Below the pieces are notes generated by a model that searched no databases, was not told the origin of the DNA, and saw only the letters and a program-made list of their open reading frames with translations. Position numbers and translations under genes: made by a program. From Picochlorum sp. SENEW3 (taxonomy: Eukaryota), in assembly GCA_034226945.1 (NCBI GenBank), contig CP120454.1, positions 1,054,001-1,118,000 on the forward strand: 64,000 nt of DNA. Reading direction: 5' to 3'. Below, in pieces: positions 10,545 through 21,111 of the stretch (positions within the stretch are counted from its first letter, which is position 1; the number at the start of each line of letters is the position of its first letter).

Positions 10545-13500
10545 ATGAGTGGCACTGGCGTGACCAAGGACGACGTCCCGTTGCTCCAATACCGCTTGGA
10601 CGAGTCTGTGGACGAGTCGTCGTGCATTGCCATTGGAGCGAAATTATATGGGCATGGGAAGGTGAAGAATAAAAGGCCGCATACATTTGCTGAGAAATGG
10701 TGGTCTCCAGTGTCGTATATTCTGTACTTTTGGTTTTCTGGTGTGTTACAATTGGGATACAAGAGGACACTGCAATATGAGGATATGTTTGATACGCCAG
10801 CGGTGTTGAAGACGAAGGAAGTGTATCCTCGCTTTTGTGACACGTTTAATAGCCTCATCGTGGATGCGAGGAGGAAAGGGGGTGAGGATGCAGCCAAGGT
10901 GAAGGAGGCTGAGGCTGGCAGGTCTGCCAGGTTTGTGTTTCAAACAATCCTGAGGAGGCATTGGAAGAGAATTGGGTATGCCATGCTTCTTCAGATGTGT
11001 TACTCTGGGGTTCAATTCGTGGGGCCGTTGATGCTGAATCAGATTGTCAAGATTTTGACTGAAGCTGAAAAGTATAGACAGCAGGGGCTGGAGTTTCCAT
11101 CAAGTGAGATTACAAAGGCGTATTTGTATGCCATGGGTATGTTTTTGGGTCCTGTTGTGGGAACGTTGGGAGCGTCTCAGGCGAACAGAGTGGCTATTGG
11201 AACTCAAGTGATGATTCGAGGGGAGCTGATTGCGTCCATTTACAGAAAGGCCTTGTCTCTGAGTACAAGGTCTCGGCAAGCGACGGAGACTGGAAGGATT
11301 GTGAATTTCATGTCTGCGGATGTGAATCAGCTACAGATGTTCTTTTATCCGTTTGCGTCTCAGCTGTTGACGGGGCCTGCCATGCTGATTACAGCCTTGG
11401 TGTTGTTGTGGTTTCAGATTGAATGGGCAACATTCATTGGACTGGGTATTTTGTTGATTTCTACTCCTGCGACGACAATATTTTTGAAAAAGATTACTGG
11501 ATTCAGAAGAGAGATGCTCAAGCATACTGATCAGCGTGTGAAATTGATGAATCAGTTGTTGGTTGGTATTCGTGTGTTGAAGATGTATGCATGGGAGTCT
11601 GCACAGGAGGCTGCTGTGTTGGAGGTTCGTAAGCGTGAGCTTGGGGCTCTTGGAAAGGCGATTCCATATCGAGTTGGACTCCAGACACTCTTGTTTGCGG
11701 CGCCCTCATTGGCCATGGTGACATGCTTTGTTGTGTACGGTACAGTCAAACCAGAACAGTTTACAGCAAGTGCTGTGTTTACATCGATTGCGTACTTCGC
11801 ACTGATGCGATTCCCTTTGATCTTCCTTCCATTTGCTTTGATTCAGCTTGCCAATGCTATTGTGAGTATGAAGCGATTGTCAATATTCTATCTCCAGGAG
11901 AATAGAAAAGATGAGGTGGAAGAGCTGGACCATATTGGTATTGACGTGGAGGATGGAGAGTTTTTCTGGGCAAAGCCACCAGAGAAACTCAAGATACCAG
12001 AAATTGGAAGGAAAAAGAGTGGTAAGAAGGAATCGAAAGGGAAGGCTGATGAGGATGAGAAGAAGAAGAAGGAAGAGGAGGAGTCCCCATCAGACCCAGA
12101 CTCGGGCAAGGTGACTCCGTCCAGTACAAGCGACCAAGACAGCCCCAAACTCGGAAAGGAAAAGGCTATCGATGGAGAAGAGGAAGGCGAATCTGACGAT
12201 TCTAGGATTGCTTGGTTGCTCAAGAATGTCAATTTGACTGTGAATGATGGAGAGCTTGTCTGCGTTGTTGGCAAAGTTGGAAGCGGCAAGTCCAGTTTAG
12301 TACAAGCCATTGTTGGTGAAATGGAAAGGAAATCTGGAAAAGTTTCCGTCGGTGGTCGCATTGCATATGCTGCTCAGCAACCATGGATTGTGAATGCTAG
12401 TCTCAAAGAGAATGTTACATTTGGTCAAGAATTCGATGAAAAAAGATGGCAGGCCACTGTTGATGCATGCTGTTTGAAACAAGACTTGGAAACATTACCA
12501 GGAGGAGAAGAAACAGAGATTGGAGAAAAAGGAATCAACTTGTCTGGGGGCCAAAAGCAACGAGTGTCGCTGGCAAGGGCAATGTATCAGGATGCAGATG
12601 TGTACATTCTTGATGACCCACTGTCAGCTGTAGATGTCCACGTTGGCCGTCATATCTTTGATAAATTCATAAATGGAGCGATTCAACACAAAGCTAGGTT
12701 GTTGGTGACGAATCAACTGACGTTTTTACCACAGGCAGACAAGATTGTGATGATTGAAAATGGTGCCATTGTGGCCCAGGGGACTTTTGAAGAGTGCCAG
12801 GAATGCGCAAGCTTCGTAAAGCTCTTGTCCGAGCATAATGCAAAGGCAGGCGAGGAAGAAGATGCTGAAAAGGGTGATCAGAAAAAGCCCAAAGCGCCTA
12901 AAGCTGTGAGGCGAGATGTGACATCCAAGCTCATTCAGGATGCCATGTCAACAAACCCTGCAACAGGCAACAAGTTAGCCTCCATGCCAAGTAAGATCGA
13001 TAGAACGGAAACATTTGTGAGGATTCCTGAGGAAAAGGACGAATCAAAATCCCAGGGCAAAGGAGGAATGGAAAGAATGGATACATTGAAAATGCAAGAT
13101 GAATCAACCAAAGACAAGGGAAAGCTGATGATAAAAGAGGACCAAGAGGTTGGGCAAGTTACCGGAAAGGTATACAAGAATTACATCGTAGCATATGGGG
13201 TCCTGGCATTCTTTGGCCTCGTCTTTTTCTGGAGTGCAGAGCAATCTGTCAGGATTCTGACCAATTGGTACTTGTCTCAGTGGACGCAAGCTGAGTTGGA
13301 ATCTCAAATAGACCCAGAGTCGGACTTCAATCGCTACTCGTATGTCGGTGGATATTTAGGTTTTGCATTTGGATTTGTGGCTTTGACATCTGTTCGATCC
13401 TTTATGAACCTGATGTCTGCATTGCATGCATCCAAAGTGATCCATTTCAAGACACTTGGTAGCCTTGTCCGTGCACCAGTCTTGTTCTTTGATACTACGC

Positions 13501-15023
13501 CCGTAGGCAGAGTCCTGAATAGATTTTCAAAGGACACAGATGAAGTAGACTTTTTACTGTCCATGTCAATGTCAGAATTTGGAAATTGCATCATGCAGCT
13601 TTTGTCCACTCTTATATTCTTGGCTGTTATTCAGCCAATTTTGCTGGCAGGTATTGTTCCTCTGATGGGCATCTACTATGTGCTGCAAAAGTATTATCGA
13701 AGATCATATATTGAGATGCAAAGACTGGATGCTGTGTCGAGATCACCGATTTACGCCCATTTCTCAGAGTCCTTGGCAGGTGTAGAAACTATCCGTGCAT
13801 ACCGGTTGGAGACCACCTTTGCCCTCTCTTCTGACACCAAAGTTGATGCAAACCATAGAGCATATTTCACATTGAAGATGGCAAATGAATGGCTTGCCCA
13901 GCGCTTGGATATTATTGGTGCAACAATAGTGTTCCTCACAGCAGTGTTGGCCATTACCAGGCGGGACATTGTCTCAGTGTCTCTAGCAGCATTAACTTTG
14001 TCGGAAGCTCTGGATGTGACATTGTTCTTAAAAGCAGCTGTCACATCAGGTGCAATGTTTGAAACCAGATTCAATTCAGTCGAGAGGCTGACGAATTATT
14101 GGAACCTGTCCCAAGAGAAGCCAGCAGAGATTGAAGACAACAAGCCTGACGATGATTGGCCAGCGCACGGTGAAATTGAGTACGAGGATGTGTGGATGCG
14201 GTATCGACCAGAACTTGAACCTGTATTGAAAGGAGTTTCGTTCGTGGTTCATGCTGGAGACAAAGTGGGAATTGTCGGAAGGACTGGCAGTGGAAAGAGT
14301 TCTTTGATTGTCACTCTTTTCAGACTTGTAGAACCATACGCTGGACGCATCTTGCTGGATGGTATCAACATTTTGGATATTGGACTTAACGACGTGAGGG
14401 GTAGAATAGCAGCCATCCCCCAAGACCCTGTGCTCTTTAGTGGAACAGTGCGAACCAATTTAGATCCCTATGACAGGCATTCGGATGCAGAAATATGGGA
14501 GGCTCTCTCCCATGTAAGTTTGAAGGATGTCGTATCAGGACTTGAATCTGGACTTTCTTCCAACGTGGCAGAGGGTGGTGAGAATTTCTCAGTTGGACAA
14601 CGCCAGTTGCTCTGTGTAGCCAGAGCACTTTTGAGACAACCAAGGGTGCTTGTTGCAGATGAAGCGACAGCATCTGTTGATTCAGAGACTGACTCTTTGA
14701 TTCAAAAGACAATCAGAAGGGAATTCAAGCATTGCACTGTTGTCACGATTGCACATAGAATCAACACAATTCTCGACTCGACAAAAGTGCTCGTCATGGA
14801 TGGTGGAAATGTTGCAGAATATGACACGGTCCCAGCATTGATGGGGAGGTCTAATTCATCCTTCCGTGCCATGGTCATTGAGTCTGAGTCAACCACCCCT
14901 GGCCCAAGCAGGGCATCTTCGACCCAAAATTTGACATCGATGGACGATGAGGATTCAAAGAGATATCCAAAGGGAGTGAACACATTTGTCAAGAGAATGA
15001 AAGGCTATGGAGCGTCTGAATAA
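10545..15023 (+). CDS. ABC transporter, subfamily C (MRP-type); 5' end uncertain
   Basis: Two TMD-NBD halves: GKVGSGKSS/LSGGQKQR/DDPLSAVD and GRTGSGKSS/FSVGQRQL/DEATASVD. Confidence 0.96.
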   Translation: MSGTGVTKDDVPLLQYRLDESVDESSCIAIGAKLYGHGKVKNKRPHTFAEKWWSPVSYILYFWFSGVLQLGYKRTLQYEDMFDTPAVLKTKEVYPRFCDTFNSLIVDARRKGGEDAAKVKEAEAGRSARFVFQTILRRHWKRIGYAMLLQMCYSGVQFVGPLMLNQIVKILTEAEKYRQQGLEFPSSEITKAYLYAMGMFLGPVVGTLGASQANRVAIGTQVMIRGELIASIYRKALSLSTRSRQATETGRIVNFMSADVNQLQMFFYPFASQLLTGPAMLITALVLLWFQIEWATFIGLGILLISTPATTIFLKKITGFRREMLKHTDQRVKLMNQLLVGIRVLKMYAWESAQEAAVLEVRKRELGALGKAIPYRVGLQTLLFAAPSLAMVTCFVVYGTVKPEQFTASAVFTSIAYFALMRFPLIFLPFALIQLANAIVSMKRLSIFYLQENRKDEVEELDHIGIDVEDGEFFWAKPPEKLKIPEIGRKKSGKKESKGKADEDEKKKKEEEESPSDPDSGKVTPSSTSDQDSPKLGKEKAIDGEEEGESDDSRIAWLLKNVNLTVNDGELVCVVGKVGSGKSSLVQAIVGEMERKSGKVSVGGRIAYAAQQPWIVNASLKENVTFGQEFDEKRWQATVDACCLKQDLETLPGGEETEIGEKGINLSGGQKQRVSLARAMYQDADVYILDDPLSAVDVHVGRHIFDKFINGAIQHKARLLVTNQLTFLPQADKIVMIENGAIVAQGTFEECQECASFVKLLSEHNAKAGEEEDAEKGDQKKPKAPKAVRRDVTSKLIQDAMSTNPATGNKLASMPSKIDRTETFVRIPEEKDESKSQGKGGMERMDTLKMQDESTKDKGKLMIKEDQEVGQVTGKVYKNYIVAYGVLAFFGLVFFWSAEQSVRILTNWYLSQWTQAELESQIDPESDFNRYSYVGGYLGFAFGFVALTSVRSFMNLMSALHASKVIHFKTLGSLVRAPVLFFDTTPVGRVLNRFSKDTDEVDFLLSMSMSEFGNCIMQLLSTLIFLAVIQPILLAGIVPLMGIYYVLQKYYRRSYIEMQRLDAVSRSPIYAHFSESLAGVETIRAYRLETTFALSSDTKVDANHRAYFTLKMANEWLAQRLDIIGATIVFLTAVLAITRRDIVSVSLAALTLSEALDVTLFLKAAVTSGAMFETRFNSVERLTNYWNLSQEKPAEIEDNKPDDDWPAHGEIEYEDVWMRYRPELEPVLKGVSFVVHAGDKVGIVGRTGSGKSSLIVTLFRLVEPYAGRILLDGINILDIGLNDVRGRIAAIPQDPVLFSGTVRTNLDPYDRHSDAEIWEALSHVSLKDVVSGLESGLSSNVAEGGENFSVGQRQLLCVARALLRQPRVLVADEATASVDSETDSLIQKTIRREFKHCTVVTIAHRINTILDSTKVLVMDGGNVAEYDTVPALMGRSNSSFRAMVIESESTTPGPSRASSTQNLTSMDDEDSKRYPKGVNTFVKRMKGYGASE

Positions 15024-15049
15024 TACTACTAGTGCGCATAAGGTTTTTT

Positions 15050-16515
15050 TCACGCGAGTTTAATATAATCATTCAAAGAAACTTTGAGGTTTCGAGCAAT
15101 TTTATACGCTAAATCGTCTGAAAGATCGCAGCGGTATGATGGCCCAGTGAGTGGGTCTCCTCCAACACATGTCAACAAACCGAGCGAGCACAAACTTGTT
15201 ACTTGCATCAAAACTTCCACCTCCTGAAGCTTATCTAACCATTCAACGTGCCCCTCTTTCGATATAAATCCATCAACGGATTTTGGCTCACAGATATAAT
15301 AGTAAATATTGAGCATTCTCTCCAACGGGAATGCATGGCTTCCCCGAAGTTTCTTATCCAATGCCCTCTCCGCTTGCCTATCTAATGCTTGCGAATTTTT
15401 CCTACTCTTTCCAGAATATCCCGGATCAAAAATAGCCTGGTCACTTGTCGCTTTATTCCGCGATGCAATATAGGACGCTAACAGGAGAAATTTGGACATG
15501 TAAGGAATGGCAAGCACCATTTTTGCCTCATTGCCCATCTCTCTCTCCTTTGCTGTCGCAGTAGTGGCACAATGGTTGACACCAACATCTAAATTCGAAA
15601 CAATATTTTGCAACATTGGCATAATAGCTCTCAGCAGCTGAGGACCTTGAACAGATGCACCCTTCTTTCGAACAGGAGCAATGTATACAGGCCACAACTT
15701 GGACAAGGCCACCCGTATATCAAGAAGATTGTTCGTTCCCCGAGCGAGAACCGGCACCACACTCGCTACAAACTGCTCATAATATTTCGTATATTCTGTA
15801 CATCGGGGACTATACCCCCTCATCATGCAAATCTGCACAATCTTCCACCATCAATAACAATACAAACACAGTCAACCCAACAGGAAACGCAGTCTTCATG
15901 AACACACACCTTGCAGATCTCGGAAGCTCCATACGCTGGAAACTCAACAACATCCGGCTCTCTCATTCTTTCTCCTCCTTTACCTGTCGAAAACACCCCA
16001 GACACCCACGGCATTGTGCTCACCATGATGATACCAATGTCAGCACTGAGCACCTCCCCCAACTGACTCAATGTAATCAGAACATCATTCTTGGCCACCC
16101 TTTCGGCAGAGTCCAGCACAATCCATACAGTACCACCGTCATAACCTTTTAAAACGTCCCCAATCTGTGTTACAAATTGACTCATCGAATCCCCTCTATT
16201 GGCAGGTGCACTCCCTCGCTTTCTCTTCTTATTCCAGTCTAATGCCCTCTTTAATTTTCTCACAATAACACTATACACGGCTTTTGGGGAGCATATTTCT
16301 CTACAATCAATATATACATGGACAGAACCCGTCGCATCAAGCGCTTTCCGCAGAATACTCGTCTTTCCAGTAGACTCTGGTCCAGTCACCAACAGGGGTT
16401 CAGGCGACACAGTTGTCGAGCACAGATGATCCACAATCTTCTCAATCTGTTGATTCCTATACACAAAATCTTTCATTAAATTACTTTTTACGCTAGAAGA
16501 AATCTCTGACGCCAT
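15050..16515 (-). CDS. ORC5: Origin recognition complex subunit 5 (intron 15833-15909)
   Basis: AAA+ Walker A GPESTGKT; C-terminal SKFLLLASYIASRN...D..IF and FPLERMLNIY are typical of the ORC5 C-terminal domain. Confidence 0.88.
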
Positions 16516-16901
16516 ATCTCTAGCTTGAATGGAATTCAAAAGAAAGAAATTCAAAAGCCGTTGGATCAAATTTGAAATATCAGATTCGCTATTCCTTCCG
16601 CACAATGCATAAAGACATCTATAATCTACTGTTAATTTGCCTGAGATGCTGCAATCCACTCAATAACAATCATGGAGCCAATATGTGCCAAAATCTGTCC
16701 AACTCGAGAGTTTTCGTATTCTAAATATTCTAAACACGGACGTACCCTGGCCCTGGTATGCCGTCTCCCTCATGCTACACGATAGAAAGCAATGCATCAG
16801 CGCTATATAATTTAAAATACCATATCGACACGGTGCATGGCGATATGAAAGCATCAAGGGCTGCTTTGTGGATACTGCTGTAGTCCACGTTTGCAAGGGC
16901 A

Positions 16902-18310
16902 ATGTGGGTTTTGGGTATGGGGTCATTCCCTGTACCGGTCGCCGTATTGGCGGCGGCAATGTTGATTTCAGGTACTTTGAAATTCAAACGTGTGGGAGAG
17001 CCTTTCTTGACACGAGCATGGGGTGTTTTTTTTGCCAGTCAGGGCTGTTCTCACTCCTGTACTTGTTTGCAGGGGCATGCATTACCGTGCTTATTAAATT
17101 GCAAGATTTAGTTCCAGTATATGATGAAGAAGAGGGAAGAGATAGGCGATTTAGACACCCAATTATTCAGACAGGTCTCATGTTTCTGGGGGAAGTCCTG
17201 TGTCTTGTGAGCATTTTGTGGAATGATATTACAGATGGACCTGTTGGCAAGCGTGGGAAACGACTGTTGACATTCTGGGGATCATTTGCAATTCCTGCAG
17301 TATGTGACTTTGCTGCGTCGACGCTGATCAATCTAGGGTTGTTTTATACGAGTGCAAGCACATATCAAATGTTGAAAGGGAATGTTGTTTGCTTTGCTGG
17401 TATTTGGACTGTACTGCTTCTTCATAAGCGGCTAAAAAGTCAGCATTGGATGGGTATTGTGATGATTACTGCTGGAGCAGCGCTTGTGGGCGCAAGCAGC
17501 ATGTATTTTGACGATGGGCACTTTGAAACACTCTTGGTTGGTGGAAAGCATGCTCCAAACAAGACGGGGTTGGGAATCCTTCTGATCGTCATTGCTCAGA
17601 TGCTGAATGCGTTGCAGTTTATTGCTGAGGAAAAGTTTATGAAAAAATTGCGACCGCCACCAGGTGTGGCTGTAGGAATCGAAGGCCTGACAGGCATGAT
17701 ATGCTGCCTGTTGTGCCTGCCGTTTGTCTCAACCATCATGGCACCAGATGGGCGACCAATAGACCGCGTCATGGATGGTATTACTGCCATTCAAGGCTCG
17801 CAGCAGCTACAAATCACATCTATACTACTTATTTTTTGTGTCGCGGTATTCAATTTGAGCGGGATATCCGTCACCCGCCGTCTCTCAGGAGCAGCAAGAG
17901 CAGTTTTTGATGTGAGTCGGACAGTGCTTGTGTGGATTGTCGGAATCAAGCTTGGGTGGGAATCGTTTCATACGTTACAGGCAGTTGGATTTTCTATTCT
18001 TGTCGCTGGAACGTCAGTATATAATGATGTACTGCGTAACTGGCTCCCAGAACCAAATTCCTACGAGGGGTATAGCAATTTGAATGCTGATTTGCTTCCG
18101 CCTGATGGTTCCTGGTCGACCGAGTCAGAGGGTGACGATAACGACGATGCAAGCACAACCATTACCTGGAATTCCATGGATGAGGAGCGACAGCAGCACC
18201 GGAGAGATACTCAGCCAATCCTGACTCAGAATAGAAATGCGGCAACCATGGCCCGAAGCATCTCAATGCTGCCTGAAATTCTATCCCCTCATTCCCCTGG
18301 ATCTCTGTAG
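16902..18310 (+). CDS. SLC35F6-like nucleotide-sugar/DMT-superfamily transporter (intron 16972-17072)
   Basis: FRHPIIQTGLMFLGE, IPAVCDFAAS, SASTYQMLKG, QFIAEEK, VGIEG, SVTRRLSGAARAVFD. Confidence 0.85.
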
Positions 18311-18335
18311 CATTCATTCAATTAAATACAATACT

Positions 18336-18738
18336 CTATGATTCCTCTTGGGCAACGACACCAGATGAAGCAAAACTTCCACGAAATGACTCCAAATCCA
18401 AATTCCTATTCTTCTGCAGCACATCTACAACTGCATAGCTCTTATTCTTGCTCAAAGGCCTGCACAGTCGAATCTTCACCGTATCTCCAATCCCACATTC
18501 ATTCGCTTCGTCATGTGCCATGATCTTTGTTGTCCTCCGCAGAGACGTTCTATACTTTTTGATATGCTTGATTCTATCGACGGCAACGAGCACCGATTTC
18601 TGCATCTTATTGGAGACGACCTGCACACACGAATAACAACGCCATCGTCAAGAATTTCATCTCAATTTTCCATCTGATGGGGTATTTCAATGAGAGTAGA
18701 CGCACTCGTCCCACAAACTCGGTTGGGCCAGACGGCAT
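18336..18738 (-). CDS. RPS17: Organellar (probably mitochondrial) ribosomal protein uS17 (intron 18621-18705)
   Basis: Spliced product MPSGPTEFVGRVVSNKMQKSVLV...AHDEANEC.IGDTVKI..CRPLSKNK. Confidence 0.9.
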
Positions 18739-18897
18739 GGCAGATATCTGCTTGTGTCTGCACTATCGTGGCCTTTACGGTATGTCAAATGCAATTTTAC
18801 GATATATATACATGAGTGATTTGCGATTTTGTGGAATATCCTTTGTGAATTCCTGGCCATTGGAGTTTTAAACCACTTAAATACGACATTGTAGCAA

Positions 18898-20714
18898 TCA
18901 AGATTCAGTCATCATCATCTTCTTCTTCTTCTTTTTCACATCCTTCTTCTTCTTCTTCGTCTTTGTCTCGAGACTGCTAAGCTCATCGACAGCATTGGAA
19001 AAGGTGAGCATTCTCTTCCGGTTTTGGTTGGCAAGAGGCATTTGCTTGAGTGCACTTCCCTTTGGCTTTGACGTGGGTGGCGTTCTGACATTTTCTGGGA
19101 AGGGAGGTTGTCCGATTCGCCTGACTAAGTTCTTCTTTAGGCTGAATCGGACACTTTTACGCCTTGTTTTCTGTGAGGGTTCATCGTCAATGTGGTGCGG
19201 TGTGGCATCGATTCCATTCTCATGACTACCAGATGCAGGTTCAGAGCCTGTATTACTCTTGGCCTTCTTCTTCTTCTTCTTCTTCTCTTGTGATTTGGGC
19301 GCCTCATCTATTGTCTTTTCAACCTGATCTTCTTCTTCTTTTTTTTCTTCTGGAGCCTCCTGGACGATGCGCACAGGAATCTCGTCCTCCTTCTTGGCTG
19401 CCTTCTTCTTACTCTTTTTCACCACTGTCTTGTTCACATTCGTCTTCTTCTTAGCATGCTTGAAGGCCTGTTCTACATCAGACGACGCAAGATACAAGTA
19501 CTCCCTATTCTTTGACTTTGTCTTCTTATTTGATCCTGCAGAATGACGAAAAAAGGAATGTGTCGTTCAGTCTGTACGAGTATTTCCTGACAATGCAGAG
19601 AACACAAGGTATAATAATAACAACCAAACTATTCATGTCTGGAGATATTCAGCTGTAAAACGCATCAGTTTGCACCTTGTCCACAGATAGTTTTCTCCAT
19701 AGCGACACAAAACATTATAATACAATCAAGAGACAATTGCATGGCATCACATACCAAGGGAAAACAGTTCCTGTGCTAAAGATTGGACATCACACATGGA
19801 ACCAAACGGCTCAGCATTCGATTCAACACGTTGAGCAATCTCTGCGAACACATCCGAGTAAATCTTTTTCAATAGAACCTTATTCTGACTCGCACGTAAT
19901 CCCTCTATGAAAGGATCGAGAACAGCCCTCAGTGCATCATGAGAAGGGCGAGCTCCTGCCTCTACCATTTTTTCCAATTCGCTGACAACAACAGAGCACA
20001 CATGATACGCAAGTCCAACACCGAGATCATTTGCATAGGGAAGTAGTACTACAGTATCTTTCCATACAGTCGAGTACGAACGTATCAGATCGACATTCCT
20101 ACAGGTCAATGAAAACAAAATGTCACTGGTATCACCACCAGCAGCAGCACAAAACCTCATCCTACACATACCAGTGTGACTGATCAAACAATTCCAAAGA
20201 CGCTGCATAAAACTTTCTAACCAGCATCATGTACTTGTCCATACGATGTTGATCTATACCCGGCCATTCTCGTTTCATCGTCACAACAAAGGCAGAAAAG
20301 TACACAAAGGCCACGGTTGGCGACAAGGTAGTCACCAGACCACTCAAACGATCCGCTAATACCGTCTACATATATGCATAGTACAGTCATTAGTTCATTG
20401 AAATCCAAAAGACCTGTAAACAGGATCGATGCGCTTCCATTTCCAGGACATGCATGACACATGTTACCCACCTGAACAGAAACTAAATCACTATGCCAGA
20501 AACAGTAATACAATGCTTTCCAAAGCCTAAGAATTTCATTTTGAGAAGCATCGGGGTGAGAATTGAGCCATTGCGTTAATACAAGAAGCCCTTTTTCTCG
20601 AGTGTCTCTATCTGTTGAGCCAAGAGCTCGAGCGAGTCCAGAGTCACTTGTGGCGGCCGTGTCCTCCAGAAGAGGCTTTGATCTCTTCTTCTTTTCTCTC
20701 TGCTTCTTTGCCAT
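18898..20714 (-). CDS. RRP1: Ribosomal RNA processing protein 1 / Nop52 (exons 20714-20472, 20365-20172, 20098-19755, 19535-18898)
   Basis: LWKALYYCFWHSD, REWPGIDQHRMDKYMMLVR; Lys-rich tail with KSVRFSLKKN. Confidence 0.9.
19633..19701 (-). ncRNA. Candidate box H/ACA snoRNA (single hairpin) in RRP1 intron 3, predicted to guide an 18S rRNA pseudouridine
   Basis: Lower stem UGGAGA/UCUCCA, pocket AAACUAU / CUGAAUA, upper stem CUGU.../...ACAG, ACA box 14 nt from the pocket top. The pocket is complementary to conserved 18S UCAG-U-U-AUAGUUU. Confidence 0.75.
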
Positions 20715-21111
20715 ACTTGTAATTATACAATCAAAGAGCGATGCCATGCGTCGCATATCTGCTGACTGACCGGGTTGCCTTGATTAGGATGTATAAAAAA
20801 TCACCTCCATCGATGGAGGTGGGGATATCCCCAACGTTGGTATCGTTAAGATGATGGCAAGATGACGCCTTTTCTTGTTCCTCTTCTTCTTGCATTGCAT
20901 GGTTACGAAAAAACCCAATGTGGTCTGATGAAGATTGTAAGTCAGGAACTGACGACCAAGACGTGAGTTATTCCTATTAGCAAGCCTGGCGCCAGGCTCT
21001 CTCTCTGGGAGCAAAAATTCCACTGTTACATACAAGAAGAATCATTCGACAAAGATGTACGGAATGTATGGTCGATAAATAATACATCATAGACACGTAT
21101 GCTATCGTCAT

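Noticed and set aside
19556..19612. Second H/ACA hairpin in RRP1 intron 3
   Set aside because: Short stems exist (GUUC/GAAC, UCUG/CAGA), but there is no proper pocket and the region overlaps the likely branch site; not supported.
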